Below are positions 39,204 through 47,777 of a DNA stretch of 64,000 nt, piece after piece. The DNA comes from Bacillota bacterium (lineage in GTDB: Bacteria; Bacillota; Bacilli; Alicyclobacillales; SLC66): positions 620-64,619 of the forward strand of contig JAJYOE010000001.1 of the NCBI GenBank assembly GCA_021785975.1. Direction: 5' to 3'. Numbering within the stretch: position 1 is the stretch's first letter; each line of letters starts with the position of its first letter. The position numbers and the translations under genes were made by a program. The notes under the pieces were generated by a model. It worked only from the letters and a program-made list of their open reading frames with translations, had not been told where the DNA came from and did no database searches.

Positions 39204-39473
39204 ATGAATACCAGCACACTTGTGCAATACTTGCCCATCGTGGTGATTATTATCGCGTTTTATTTTATTTTGATTCGCCCTCAACAAAAGCGTCAGAAAG
39301 AGCGCAATGCCATGCTGAAGGCGATTGAAGTAGGCGATAAAGTGGTGACGATCGGCGGTATCCACGGCAATGTGGTGGAGATGGACGATCAGACGATCAC
39401 GCTGCGCGTGGCGGATAATACCCGCATCAAATTTGAACGCAGTGCAGTGAATGCGGTAAGAGAGAAGCAGTAA
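39204..39473 (+). CDS. yajC: Preprotein translocase subunit YajC
   Basis: 89 aa with one TM segment, then RPQQKR.KE...M...L..GD.V.T.GG..G. Confidence 0.9.
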   Translation: MNTSTLVQYLPIVVIIIAFYFILIRPQQKRQKERNAMLKAIEVGDKVVTIGGIHGNVVEMDDQTITLRVADNTRIKFERSAVNAVREKQ

Positions 39474-39475
39474 AA

Positions 39476-39880
39476 TCAAGCATACTTGCGAAATTGCACC
39501 CCGATTACTCCACCAAACACTCCGATCAAAATGAGGATCAGAATGCGGGCCAATGTGGCAGCCTGAAAAGATGCGCTAAGGTCAATCAGGCTGCCGATGA
39601 TGGCGAGCAGCAAACTGAAAATGAGCGCAGTACCCCCACCGTAAAGCCACCCTTTTTTTCCTGCATAGCGCGCCGCGGTAAATGCGCCAAATAGTGTTGA
39701 GACTGTATTGATGGTATAGGCGCTATAGGGAAGAGTGGTTTCCGCTATATTGGTCCAGGTATAAACGGCTGACATCAGCAGGGTAAACAACAGGGACAAG
39801 AGAAAGGCGACAATGACGCCTAAAATAAGCGGCGACCCTTGGGAATCCATGCGAACGGATGACCACCACTTGCTATTCAT
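39476..39880 (-). CDS. TIGR04086/YrzE-like membrane protein
   Basis: The ATG at 39880 lies 6 nt after GAGGAGG; the ORF-track ATG at 39931 lacks an RBS. 4-TM protein next to yajC, as yrzE is in B. subtilis. Confidence 0.65.
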   Translation of the reverse strand: MNSKWWSSVRMDSQGSPLILGVIVAFLLSLLFTLLMSAVYTWTNIAETTLPYSAYTINTVSTLFGAFTAARYAGKKGWLYGGGTALIFSLLLAIIGSLIDLSASFQAATLARILILILIGVFGGVIGVQFRKYA

Positions 39881-39955
39881 AACCATCCTCCTCACTACAC
39901 CTGATACAGGCTTTGCAAGGAATATATGCACCTGAATAAGCCAGTATGTCCCAGA

Positions 39956-40609
39956 TTATTTGACAGGCGGTTTAGCTTGCAGGTAGTAGATAGGCTGACC
40001 GAGTCTGCGAAAGCGGGTTTCGTACTCCGTCTTTGCGAACCTGCCCTCATGTTCGTTGCCTAAAGGGGGGGCGCTCGACAGGTCGCGGTCTACGGTGATG
40101 AATTCCCAGCCTGCATGACGAAACGATTCTATACTCCACTCAAAAAAATCCTCATTGTCTGTTTTCAGTTCTACCCATCCTTCCTGCCTTAACAACGCTT
40201 CATAGATGGCGAGAAACCTTGAATGGGTCAGCCTGTGTTTATCGTGCCTACGTTTTGGCCAGGGATCGGAAAAGTTCAGGTAGATGATGGAAAATGCACG
40301 ACGCTGGAAAATGGTCAGTGCATTGGCGATGTCCATTTTATAAAAATGGACGTTTGACAATTCGTTGCTCGCTGCGAGCGCGGCCGCACGGGCGATGATG
40401 GGAATGAATTTTTCTACGCCAAAAAAATAGACAGTTGGGTTCATCGCTGCCATTTGCGATAAGAATGCACCGCGGCCACAACCGATCTCAAGGCGCAAGT
40501 CATCATACCTCTTTGCGTCGATTAGGTCTGCTTTTTGTGGATTCAGGTCCAATAAAGTCTCGCTTTTTTCCAAATAAGTGGTGATTTTGTCGTTTCCGCG
40601 AATTCGCAA
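39956..40609 (-). CDS. trmB: tRNA (guanine46-N7)-methyltransferase
   Basis: 217 aa. SAM motif EIGCGRGAF, the FSDPWPK.RH.K.RL motif and C-terminal T.YE.RF. Confidence 0.9.
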   Translation of the reverse strand: MRIRGNDKITTYLEKSETLLDLNPQKADLIDAKRYDDLRLEIGCGRGAFLSQMAAMNPTVYFFGVEKFIPIIARAAALAASNELSNVHFYKMDIANALTIFQRRAFSIIYLNFSDPWPKRRHDKHRLTHSRFLAIYEALLRQEGWVELKTDNEDFFEWSIESFRHAGWEFITVDRDLSSAPPLGNEHEGRFAKTEYETRFRRLGQPIYYLQAKPPVK

Positions 40610-40662
40610 CGCGTTTCCTCCTCATACTATGGTCGTGTACTCTCTTGGGGAGTTGAGATGAA

Positions 40663-41370
40663 ATGTTTTTTTTATTGTTGACACGAACCATCTTTACGTA
40701 CTTTTTTGTGCTCGTAGCGCTACGCGTGATGGGCAAACGAGAAATCGGCAAACTGTCGATTTTTGACCTGGTGGTTTCGATTATGATCGCTGAGATTTCC
40801 GCGGTTTCCTTGCAGGACACGAAACTGCCCATCTGGCACGGCGCGTTTATCATCATTTTGCTGGTGCTGTTGCAGATCGGTGTAGCCTTTATTTCCCTAA
40901 AAAGCAAACGCATGCACGACCTGATAGAGGGCAAGCCCACCGTGCTCATCGCCAAGGGCAAGATCAACGACAGCGAGATGAAACGCACCCGTTACAATAT
41001 GAATGATCTATTGATGCAGTTGCGGGAAAAAAACATCTCGAGTGTGGCGGATGTCGAGTTTGCGATTCTCGAGACATCAGGTAAATTGTCGGTTTTTCCT
41101 AAATCGGAAAAACAGCCTGTCACCCCGCAGGATTTGACACTGGTGACCAGACCATTTGAAATGACAACATCGATTATTGTAGATGGGCAAGTCGATTATG
41201 ACAAGCTGAGCGCGATTAACAAGTCGCCAAAATGGCTGTTTGAGCAACTGACCATGCTTGGCTACCATTCCCCGAAAGAGGTTTTTTACGCAGGATGGGA
41301 TGGGCAGATGCTGCATGTGGATCGGATCGACAACAAAAGCCAGACAAAATCGCAAAATCCTACGCTTTGA
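40663..41370 (+). CDS. DUF421 (YetF/YrbG family) membrane protein
   Basis: 235 aa. N-terminal TM helices with R.MGKREIG.LS.FDLVV and the C-terminal YetF domain. Confidence 0.8.
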   Translation: MFFLLLTRTIFTYFFVLVALRVMGKREIGKLSIFDLVVSIMIAEISAVSLQDTKLPIWHGAFIIILLVLLQIGVAFISLKSKRMHDLIEGKPTVLIAKGKINDSEMKRTRYNMNDLLMQLREKNISSVADVEFAILETSGKLSVFPKSEKQPVTPQDLTLVTRPFEMTTSIIVDGQVDYDKLSAINKSPKWLFEQLTMLGYHSPKEVFYAGWDGQMLHVDRIDNKSQTKSQNPTL

Positions 41371-41380
41371 GCAGATTCAG

Positions 41381-42970
41381 TTACCTGGCGAACGGAACGA
41401 GCCTGACCCATTTGGCGAGCGATTTGCCGACAAAGGGGATGCGGGAAAAAGCGTGGGAGGTAATGGAGCGCATCATCAAGAGGAGTAGGATATATAGCGA
41501 TAACCCGGTGGAGATGCAAAAAAGGAGTTGCTGGGACTGGGTCTTGAAAACCGCGGAATAAATCCATGCATAGTGAAGATACAATCCGGTGAGGATGGTC
41601 GCGAGTAGCATTTTCCCTATGTCAATCGCATCGACGTAAAAGCCGATTCGTCGACTGACCGAGGCAATGTGGAGCAATGTGGTGGCGACCACAGAAATCG
41701 TGACGGACCATGCGACCCCTGCCGCCCCCATGTCAGGTCTGGAAACAAGCAAATAAATAAGCAGCAGTTTGATTGCAGCGCCAATGATCGAATTGCGCAT
41801 GGCGATGCCAGCGTGGTTGATTCCTTGCAACACCCCGGAGAGTGGTGCTTGTAAGTATAATAGGAAACCGGCTGGCGCCATGATGGCAAGTAGTTTCCCC
41901 ACCTGCGCGTGGTGGAAAAGAGCGTAACAAAGGGGAGTGGCAAACATGAACAAGATCAAAGAAGTTGGAAATCCTGTGATCGCAGTCGCTCTGAATGCCT
42001 GATAAAGCCTCCGCTCGACGAGACGCTGGTTTTTGACGGCTACTGCTTCAGAGATCGCAGGGACAAGCTGAATGGCGAGCGAATAGGTGATGACCGTTGG
42101 AAAAAGCAAGAGTGGCACTGCCATTCCGCTATATTCGCCGTATAACTGAGTGGCAAGCGGCGCTGCATATCCCACATGATGTAGCGATCTGGTGACAAGA
42201 ATCGGTTCAATGGCAAAGGCGAGGGAACCAAGCAACCGACTGAGCGTGACAGGTATTGCCAATTGGAAGATGGCGTGAAGGCTATTTGTCCAAGGTTCTG
42301 TTTGTCCATGAAATTCAGGGAGAGGGAGGGATTGAATGCCTCCTTTTTTTTGATAGACAAAATACATATAAATAAGCCCGGAAACTTCCCCGATGATCAT
42401 ACCGGCTGATACTCCTGCTGCCGCATAAGCCAATCCTTTTTGGAGGGAAAGCAATGTGATCATCCACACTGCGCCAATGCGAACTGCAGTTTCGATAATG
42501 GATGCCACGGACGGAACAGACATCATTTGTAATCCTTGAAAATATCCGCGTAGCACAGACGATAACGCGATCACAATAAGGACGGGAATCAGCGTAACAA
42601 AGGGAATGTACGCTCTTGGATCCGGAAATATTTTGATGGCGAGTTCGCGCCCGAATAGGGCTAAAGCGACAGTGCCGATCGAGGCAAGGATCATGGTGAT
42701 GCCTGTGGCGAGCTTCATCACTTGGGATAACCGCTTGCGATCGCCGAGGATTTGCGTTTCTGCGACAATTTTGGCTACTGCCACGCCCATTCCGGCAGTT
42801 ACGATGGTCAGCACCAGCGTCAGTAGTGGAAACACCATTTGAAAAAGACCTATGCCCTCAGCGCCGATCAGGCGCGTGAGAAAGATGCGGTAGACAAATC
42901 CCAATACGCGCGTCACCAGGCTGGCTGCGATCAGGATAGTAGCGCCTTTGGCAAAGGATTGACGGATCAT
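41381..42970 (-). CDS. spoVB: Stage V sporulation protein B (MOP/MurJ-like flippase superfamily)
   Basis: The ATG at 42970 lies 9 nt after GAGGTG. It gives MIRQSFAKGATILIAASLVTRVLGFVYR, aligning with B. subtilis SpoVB MAKQTFLKGTLILIAAGMVTRMLGFVNR. Polytopic membrane protein. The ORF-track GTG at 42991 is less likely. Confidence 0.85.
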   Translation of the reverse strand: MIRQSFAKGATILIAASLVTRVLGFVYRIFLTRLIGAEGIGLFQMVFPLLTLVLTIVTAGMGVAVAKIVAETQILGDRKRLSQVMKLATGITMILASIGTVALALFGRELAIKIFPDPRAYIPFVTLIPVLIVIALSSVLRGYFQGLQMMSVPSVASIIETAVRIGAVWMITLLSLQKGLAYAAAGVSAGMIIGEVSGLIYMYFVYQKKGGIQSLPLPEFHGQTEPWTNSLHAIFQLAIPVTLSRLLGSLAFAIEPILVTRSLHHVGYAAPLATQLYGEYSGMAVPLLLFPTVITYSLAIQLVPAISEAVAVKNQRLVERRLYQAFRATAITGFPTSLILFMFATPLCYALFHHAQVGKLLAIMAPAGFLLYLQAPLSGVLQGINHAGIAMRNSIIGAAIKLLLIYLLVSRPDMGAAGVAWSVTISVVATTLLHIASVSRRIGFYVDAIDIGKMLLATILTGLYLHYAWIYSAVFKTQSQQLLFCISTGLSLYILLLLMMRSITSHAFSRIPFVGKSLAKWVRLVPFAR

Positions 42971-43101
42971 GAAGTCGTGCACCTCATTCACTAGATGGCA
43001 TCAATTGAACCTATGAGAAAGCATGTCAAGTTAGTCCAAATGAACTTGAACCAGATATCAAACGATGAGAAAATAGGAATGGTAAAGGGGGAAGTGGCAA
43101 A

Positions 43102-43947
43102 ATGGCGGACCTGGGAAGTGACTCGACCGATCGCGTTCAGCACCACGGCGTGGTCAAAATATTCGGTAAGAATCGGAATGATGCGCCAAAACGTTTGATT
43201 TTTAATCAAAATCGTGAAAAAGAGACAGAAGATGAGCTGGTGATAGATGGTGTTGATGATGACAAAGTCCTGGAGGCTAAGGCTTTAGAGGTAGAGACAG
43301 AGGAAGCTTTGCCAGAGGAAGCTTTGCCAGAGGAAGCGTTGCCAGAGGAAGCGTTGCCAGAGGAAACGTTGCCAGGGGGAACTGAGGCAGACGATATAGA
43401 TGAAGATTTGCTAGAAGTAGCAAAAGTAGACGACGAAGACGAAGTTTTGCTAGAAGTAGTTGAAGCCGCAGAAACAGTGGAAGCACTCCTTCCTGATGAG
43501 GAAGAAGTGAAGCTGCCAGCGGAGTTGGAAGCGGTTTTTCGTCAGGCCGAAGGCACAGGTTCTGTTCAACTGGAACATCCGCTTGAGGCAAAAGTCCGCG
43601 AACTCATGGAACTGGTAAGCAGTACACCGCCAATCCCGGACGATGTGCTGGAGGATGACGATACTAACGAGGATGTTTCTTTGTTAGCAGGAGAGCCAAG
43701 CCGGGATATCGAGCTATTGCTCGATGATAAAGTAAGGGAATTCCGCTTTCTAGGTTATGGGCACATCACCTCTGAGCATATTTGGACATATTTTCAGCAA
43801 CTGCGAAAAAGGCGTCCAAGAAACCTGCACGAATTGGTGAATGGCATTCTTTCACTGCAACCGCAAGCGGTAATGAACTACGATTTACAGACAGCTTATA
43901 GAAATTCGAGTGAATCGTTGGAAGATATACTAAATGATTTAAGATAA
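43102..43947 (+). CDS. ComN/YrzD-like post-transcriptional regulator domain with a ~200-aa acidic N-terminal extension
   Basis: The C-terminal ~75 aa (VREFRFLGYGHITSEHIWTYF...LHELVNGILSL) resemble ComN, and the position between spoVB and secDF matches B. subtilis yrzD. The long stop-free acidic N-terminus follows a GGGGGAAG RBS. Confidence 0.65.
   Translation: MADLGSDSTDRVQHHGVVKIFGKNRNDAPKRLIFNQNREKETEDELVIDGVDDDKVLEAKALEVETEEALPEEALPEEALPEEALPEETLPGGTEADDIDEDLLEVAKVDDEDEVLLEVVEAAETVEALLPDEEEVKLPAELEAVFRQAEGTGSVQLEHPLEAKVRELMELVSSTPPIPDDVLEDDDTNEDVSLLAGEPSRDIELLLDDKVREFRFLGYGHITSEHIWTYFQQLRKRRPRNLHELVNGILSLQPQAVMNYDLQTAYRNSSESLEDILNDLR
43300..43374 (+). repeat. 15-bp tandem repeat x5 inside the CDS (EEALP pentapeptide repeat)
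   Basis: Five head-to-tail GAGGAAGCNTTGCCA units (the fifth is GAGGAAACGTTGCCA), read directly from the sequence. Confidence 0.95.
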
Positions 43948-44016
43948 AATGGATTGCATCCATAGAAAAAAGGTTGTATCGTATTACTGTTGTGAAGACT
44001 GTCTAGGAGGAACACC

Positions 44017-45246
44017 ATGATTAAATGGGGACGCCTCACGACTTTTTTTGTTTTAGTCGTGTTGATATTCGGCATTATATTTTCTACGAGCAAGATGCTT
44101 TATTCGAGAATTCCACTGGGGCTCGATCTGCAGGGCGGCATTGATGTCCTGTATCAGATTGGAGGTCCTGGACAAAAGGTCACCTCAAATGACATTACGG
44201 CCACAGTGGCCGCGCTTGGCAATAGGATCAATGTGCTTGGCGTATCTGAACCGCTGATTCAGGTGGAGAACGGCAACCGCGTTCGCGTTGACCTGGCAGG
44301 CAAGTTCAATCAGTTGCAGGCAAGGCAATTCTTGTCGCAGGAGGCCAACCTCGAGTTCAAATCTCCCTCTGGGCAAGTACTGATGACAGGGAAAGACATC
44401 AAGGACAATGCCCACTACGAGGCGGACCCCACCACAGGTGCGCCGGACGTGGCGATCTCGTTTAAGAACCCTGCACAGTTTCAGGCGATCACGCAAAAGT
44501 ACTTAAATCAAAAGGTGTCGATTTGGCTCAATAACAAGATGATTGATGATCCCACGATCCAATCAGTGATTTCCGGAGGCAACGCGGTCATTCAGGGCAG
44601 TGCCTCTGTTCAGGCAGCGGTGAGTTTGGCCAAGCTTTTAAATGCGGGTGCACTGCCGCTTCCGCTGCATGAGCTCTCCTCGATGACGGTGGGACCGTCT
44701 TTGGGACAGGCGGCACTTCACGCGACGCTCATCGCGGCGCTCGTTGCGGTCATTTTGATTTTTGCTTTTATGATCTTTATGTATCGTTTGCCGGGATTAG
44801 TCGCGGTGGTTGCGCTTTGTGGCTATGTGTATCTCGTAGTTGCGGTATTTGCGGGTCTTCAAGTGACGTTAACCCTAACCGGTCTTGCTGCTTTGGTGCT
44901 TGGCATCGGTATGGCTGTTGACGCCAACATCATTACCTATGAACGGATCAAAGACGAATTGCGCAATGGGAAGTCTCTTCAATCTTCCGTGGTATCCGGG
45001 CAACGCAAAGCGCTTCGCACGATTCTTGATGCGAACGTGACGACGCTGATTGCCGGTATCGTCATGTACTGGTATGGGACAGGTGATGTGCGCGGATTTG
45101 GCGTCGCACTGATCACCAGTATTCTCGTCAGCCTGTTGACAGCGGTGTTCCTAAGCCGTACGTTGCTTCAACTGCTGACTCGTTCGAATCTGGTGAAAAA
45201 TCCGTGGCTATACGGCGCGAAGAGAAAGGTGGCCGCGACCAAATGA
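44017..45246 (+). CDS. secD: Protein translocase subunit SecD
   Basis: 409 aa with an N-terminal TM segment, a periplasmic-type domain (LGLDLQGG) and a C-terminal 6-TM bundle. Confidence 0.92.
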   Translation: MIKWGRLTTFFVLVVLIFGIIFSTSKMLYSRIPLGLDLQGGIDVLYQIGGPGQKVTSNDITATVAALGNRINVLGVSEPLIQVENGNRVRVDLAGKFNQLQARQFLSQEANLEFKSPSGQVLMTGKDIKDNAHYEADPTTGAPDVAISFKNPAQFQAITQKYLNQKVSIWLNNKMIDDPTIQSVISGGNAVIQGSASVQAAVSLAKLLNAGALPLPLHELSSMTVGPSLGQAALHATLIAALVAVILIFAFMIFMYRLPGLVAVVALCGYVYLVVAVFAGLQVTLTLTGLAALVLGIGMAVDANIITYERIKDELRNGKSLQSSVVSGQRKALRTILDANVTTLIAGIVMYWYGTGDVRGFGVALITSILVSLLTAVFLSRTLLQLLTRSNLVKNPWLYGAKRKVAATK

Positions 45247-46151
45247 GATTTCCCATCGTAACAAAACGAAAATGGTTTTTCCTGTTATCCGGTTCTATTA
45301 CGGTTGCAGGTATCATTGTCATGCTGGTGTTTGGTCTGAATTTGGGGACCGACTTTAAGGCCGGAGCCCAGATCCAAGTCCAACTCAATCAGGCGTTTCA
45401 AACGGCGAAAGTCCAAAAGATCTTCACTAAAGTGGGATTAGACGTCCCCGCAAGCGCCATTACCTCCGCAGGGACGACAAATAACATGGCGGTAGTGCGT
45501 TTGGGGACTACCTTGAATGCCAAGCAGGAAGCCGCGATCAATAATGCGATTACTTCTGTTTATCCCAAGGCGCTGGTGCCGGCGGAATTTTCTTCCGTGG
45601 ACCCGGTGATTGCACAGGAACAGTCGCAAACAGCCATCTGGGCCGTGGCGCTTGCATCGCTTGGCATCGTGATTTACGTGGCGATCCGTTTTGAATATCG
45701 CTTCGCTATTTCCGGGATCATTGCGCTGCTGCACGATGCCTTTATTGTCATTTCGGTGTTTGCACTGCTTCGCATTCAGGTCGATCTACCTTTTATCGCT
45801 GCAGTGCTGACTATCGTAGGTTATTCGATCAATGATACGATCGTAATTTTTGACCGCATCCGGGAAAACATGAAGAGTGCGAAGGTGAAGACGCTCAAGG
45901 AACTGGAAGAACTGGTGGACCATTCACTATGGCAGACGATGGCGCGCTCTATCAATACGGTCATGACCGTGTTGTTTGCAGCGATCACCCTGTTCCTGTT
46001 TGGCGGAAGTTCCATCCATAACTTTACCTTTGCCTTGTTGATTGGTCTCGTAAGCGGAGCGTATTCATCGATATTTATTGCCAGTCCCATCTGGGTGATC
46101 TGGCGCAGTCGTTCGCTTGGAAAAACCAAAAGAAAAAAGGCGACAGCGTGA
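45243..46151 (+). CDS. secF: Protein translocase subunit SecF
   Basis: The ATG at 45243 overlaps the secD stop (ATGA). SecF blocks are present (LG.DF.GG, GYSINDTIV.FDRIRE). Confidence 0.92.
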   Translation: MRFPIVTKRKWFFLLSGSITVAGIIVMLVFGLNLGTDFKAGAQIQVQLNQAFQTAKVQKIFTKVGLDVPASAITSAGTTNNMAVVRLGTTLNAKQEAAINNAITSVYPKALVPAEFSSVDPVIAQEQSQTAIWAVALASLGIVIYVAIRFEYRFAISGIIALLHDAFIVISVFALLRIQVDLPFIAAVLTIVGYSINDTIVIFDRIRENMKSAKVKTLKELEELVDHSLWQTMARSINTVMTVLFAAITLFLFGGSSIHNFTFALLIGLVSGAYSSIFIASPIWVIWRSRSLGKTKRKKATA

Positions 46152-46169
46152 TTGATGCGAAAAAGGATG

Positions 46170-46197
46170 CCCCGGCTAAGGCCGGGGTGTATTTTTT
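46170..46197 (+). terminator. Intrinsic terminator after secF
   Basis: CCCCGGC-taag-GCCGGGG, then TGTATTTTTT. Confidence 0.8.
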
Positions 46198-46285
46198 CTA
46201 ACGCAACATCGAGGATTGATACCCTCGCACGAGATGGGGGAAAAACATCATCAAAACTCAGGAACTAAACAAACAATCCGATAAA

Positions 46286-47146
46286 TTGGCCGGTTTTAGT
46301 CTTTTGTTGAACGTAGCACTTACCCTCGCAAAAGCAGTGGTTGGCGTTCTGACACAAAGTCAGGCGCTGCTTGCTGACGCTGTTCACAGCGGAGCGGATG
46401 TCGCAGGATCTTTTGCGGTGCTGATCGGGCTGTGGGTGGCAAGGCGGCCGGCAGACGAGGACCATCCTTACGGACATGGCAAGGCGGAAATCGTGGCGGC
46501 AAGTCTCGTCGCCACTTTACTCATCCTCGCAGGTCTGGAAGTGGCTTATTCAGCAGTTCGACAATTTTTTCTTCCTGTGCCAAACCAGGATATTTGGGCA
46601 CTGGGGACAGGCGTTGTGGCGGTGTTAAGTAAAGAGATCGTCTATCGTTACCAGTTTCGCATTGGCAAATTACTTCATTCTCCAGCACTCATTGCAGGCG
46701 CAAAGGACCATCGATCGGATGTGTACTCGTCGCTTGCGGCTTCTCTTGGTATCGGAATTGCTATGCTTGGCTCGCAGTTTCACGTCCCTGTGCTTCTCTA
46801 TGCAGACCCGCTCGCTGCGTTCGTGGTGGCTGTTTTAATTGTACATATGGGATATAAGATGGCCGTAGAATCCTATACCTCTTTGCTGGAGCAGGTCATT
46901 ACTCCAGAGGAAACTCAAGACATGGAAGACATCATTCAACACATCTCAGGCGTCTGCCGGGTAGACAGCGTGCGTGCCCGTTCCCATGGGACATATCTGG
47001 TGGTAGATGTGCGAATCAGTGTCGATCCGCAAATCACTGTGATGGCTGGACATAACATTGCAAAAGACGTCAAGCAAAGTCTCTTAGACAATTTCCCCCG
47101 CATTCAGGAGGTACTTGTCCATATCAACCCTTACCTCGTACAATGA
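46286..47146 (+). CDS. Cation diffusion facilitator family transporter (N-terminus uncertain)
   Basis: 286 aa from the TTG at 46286. Contains LLADAVHSGADV, the DHPYGHGKAE motif and a C-terminal cytoplasmic domain. The frame is open from 46220 with no canonical start (see finding). Confidence 0.85.
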   Translation: MAGFSLLLNVALTLAKAVVGVLTQSQALLADAVHSGADVAGSFAVLIGLWVARRPADEDHPYGHGKAEIVAASLVATLLILAGLEVAYSAVRQFFLPVPNQDIWALGTGVVAVLSKEIVYRYQFRIGKLLHSPALIAGAKDHRSDVYSSLAASLGIGIAMLGSQFHVPVLLYADPLAAFVVAVLIVHMGYKMAVESYTSLLEQVITPEETQDMEDIIQHISGVCRVDSVRARSHGTYLVVDVRISVDPQITVMAGHNIAKDVKQSLLDNFPRIQEVLVHINPYLVQ

Positions 47147-47218
47147 CGGTTCGATTGCGGGTTCACAAGTAACTCACGTATAATATAATGATCAAGTATT
47201 TTACATCGTAGAAATCAG

Positions 47219-47743
47219 GTGTATGGATTGGATCTTGCGGATAAAATCAGAGTGATTGAAGACTTTCCCTCCCCGGGAATCAGTTTTAAGGATATTACGA
47301 CACTTTTAAATGATCCTGAGGCGTTTCGCTTTACCATTGATCAATTGGTAGTGTTTGGAAAAGCAGTGGGTGCGAACGTGGTGGTTGGCCCCGAGGCGCG
47401 CGGTTTTGCGGTAGGTGCGCCAGTCGCCTATGCGCTAGGTGTTGGATTTGTCCCTGTGAGAAAACCGGGGAAACTCCCTTCTCGAACACTCGCGATGGAA
47501 TATGACTTGGAGTATGGCCATGATCGCATAGAAATCCACGAGGATGCGTTGACTACTGAATCAAGGGTGCTCATTGTTGATGATTTGCTTGCAACTGGCG
47601 GCACAGTGGGCGCCGTTGCAAAACTCGTTGAACAGTCTGGCGCAACCATCGCCGGTATGGGATTTATCATCGAATTGTCGGGATTAGCTGGTCGACAAAA
47701 AGTGGCGAATTACAACGTGCTATCTCTCATTACCTACGATTGA
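47219..47743 (+). CDS. apt: Adenine phosphoribosyltransferase
   Basis: 174 aa. GPEARGF, the PRPP motif VLIVDDLLATGGT. The start may be the TTG at 47228 (MDLADKI), which has better spacing from AGGTG. Confidence 0.93.
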   Translation: MYGLDLADKIRVIEDFPSPGISFKDITTLLNDPEAFRFTIDQLVVFGKAVGANVVVGPEARGFAVGAPVAYALGVGFVPVRKPGKLPSRTLAMEYDLEYGHDRIEIHEDALTTESRVLIVDDLLATGGTVGAVAKLVEQSGATIAGMGFIIELSGLAGRQKVANYNVLSLITYD

Positions 47744-47777
47744 AGAGCACTAGATAGAGTCTAGGAGGTGAGTGAGT

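Noticed and set aside
42992-43101. Sigma-E promoter for spoVB.
   Set aside because: Only a poor CATAGGTT -10-like string is present on the minus strand, with no matching -35, so it cannot be supported from the sequence.
43300-43374. Tandem 15-bp repeats considered as a CRISPR or minisatellite element.
   Set aside because: The units are contiguous with no spacers, in frame, and encode a pentapeptide repeat inside a long ORF. They are not a CRISPR array.
47147-47170. tRNA-like T-loop string GGTTCGATTGCGGG.
   Set aside because: No acceptor stem, D-arm or anticodon arm can be built around it. It lies in the CDF-apt spacer, adjacent to and partly overlapping a candidate promoter.
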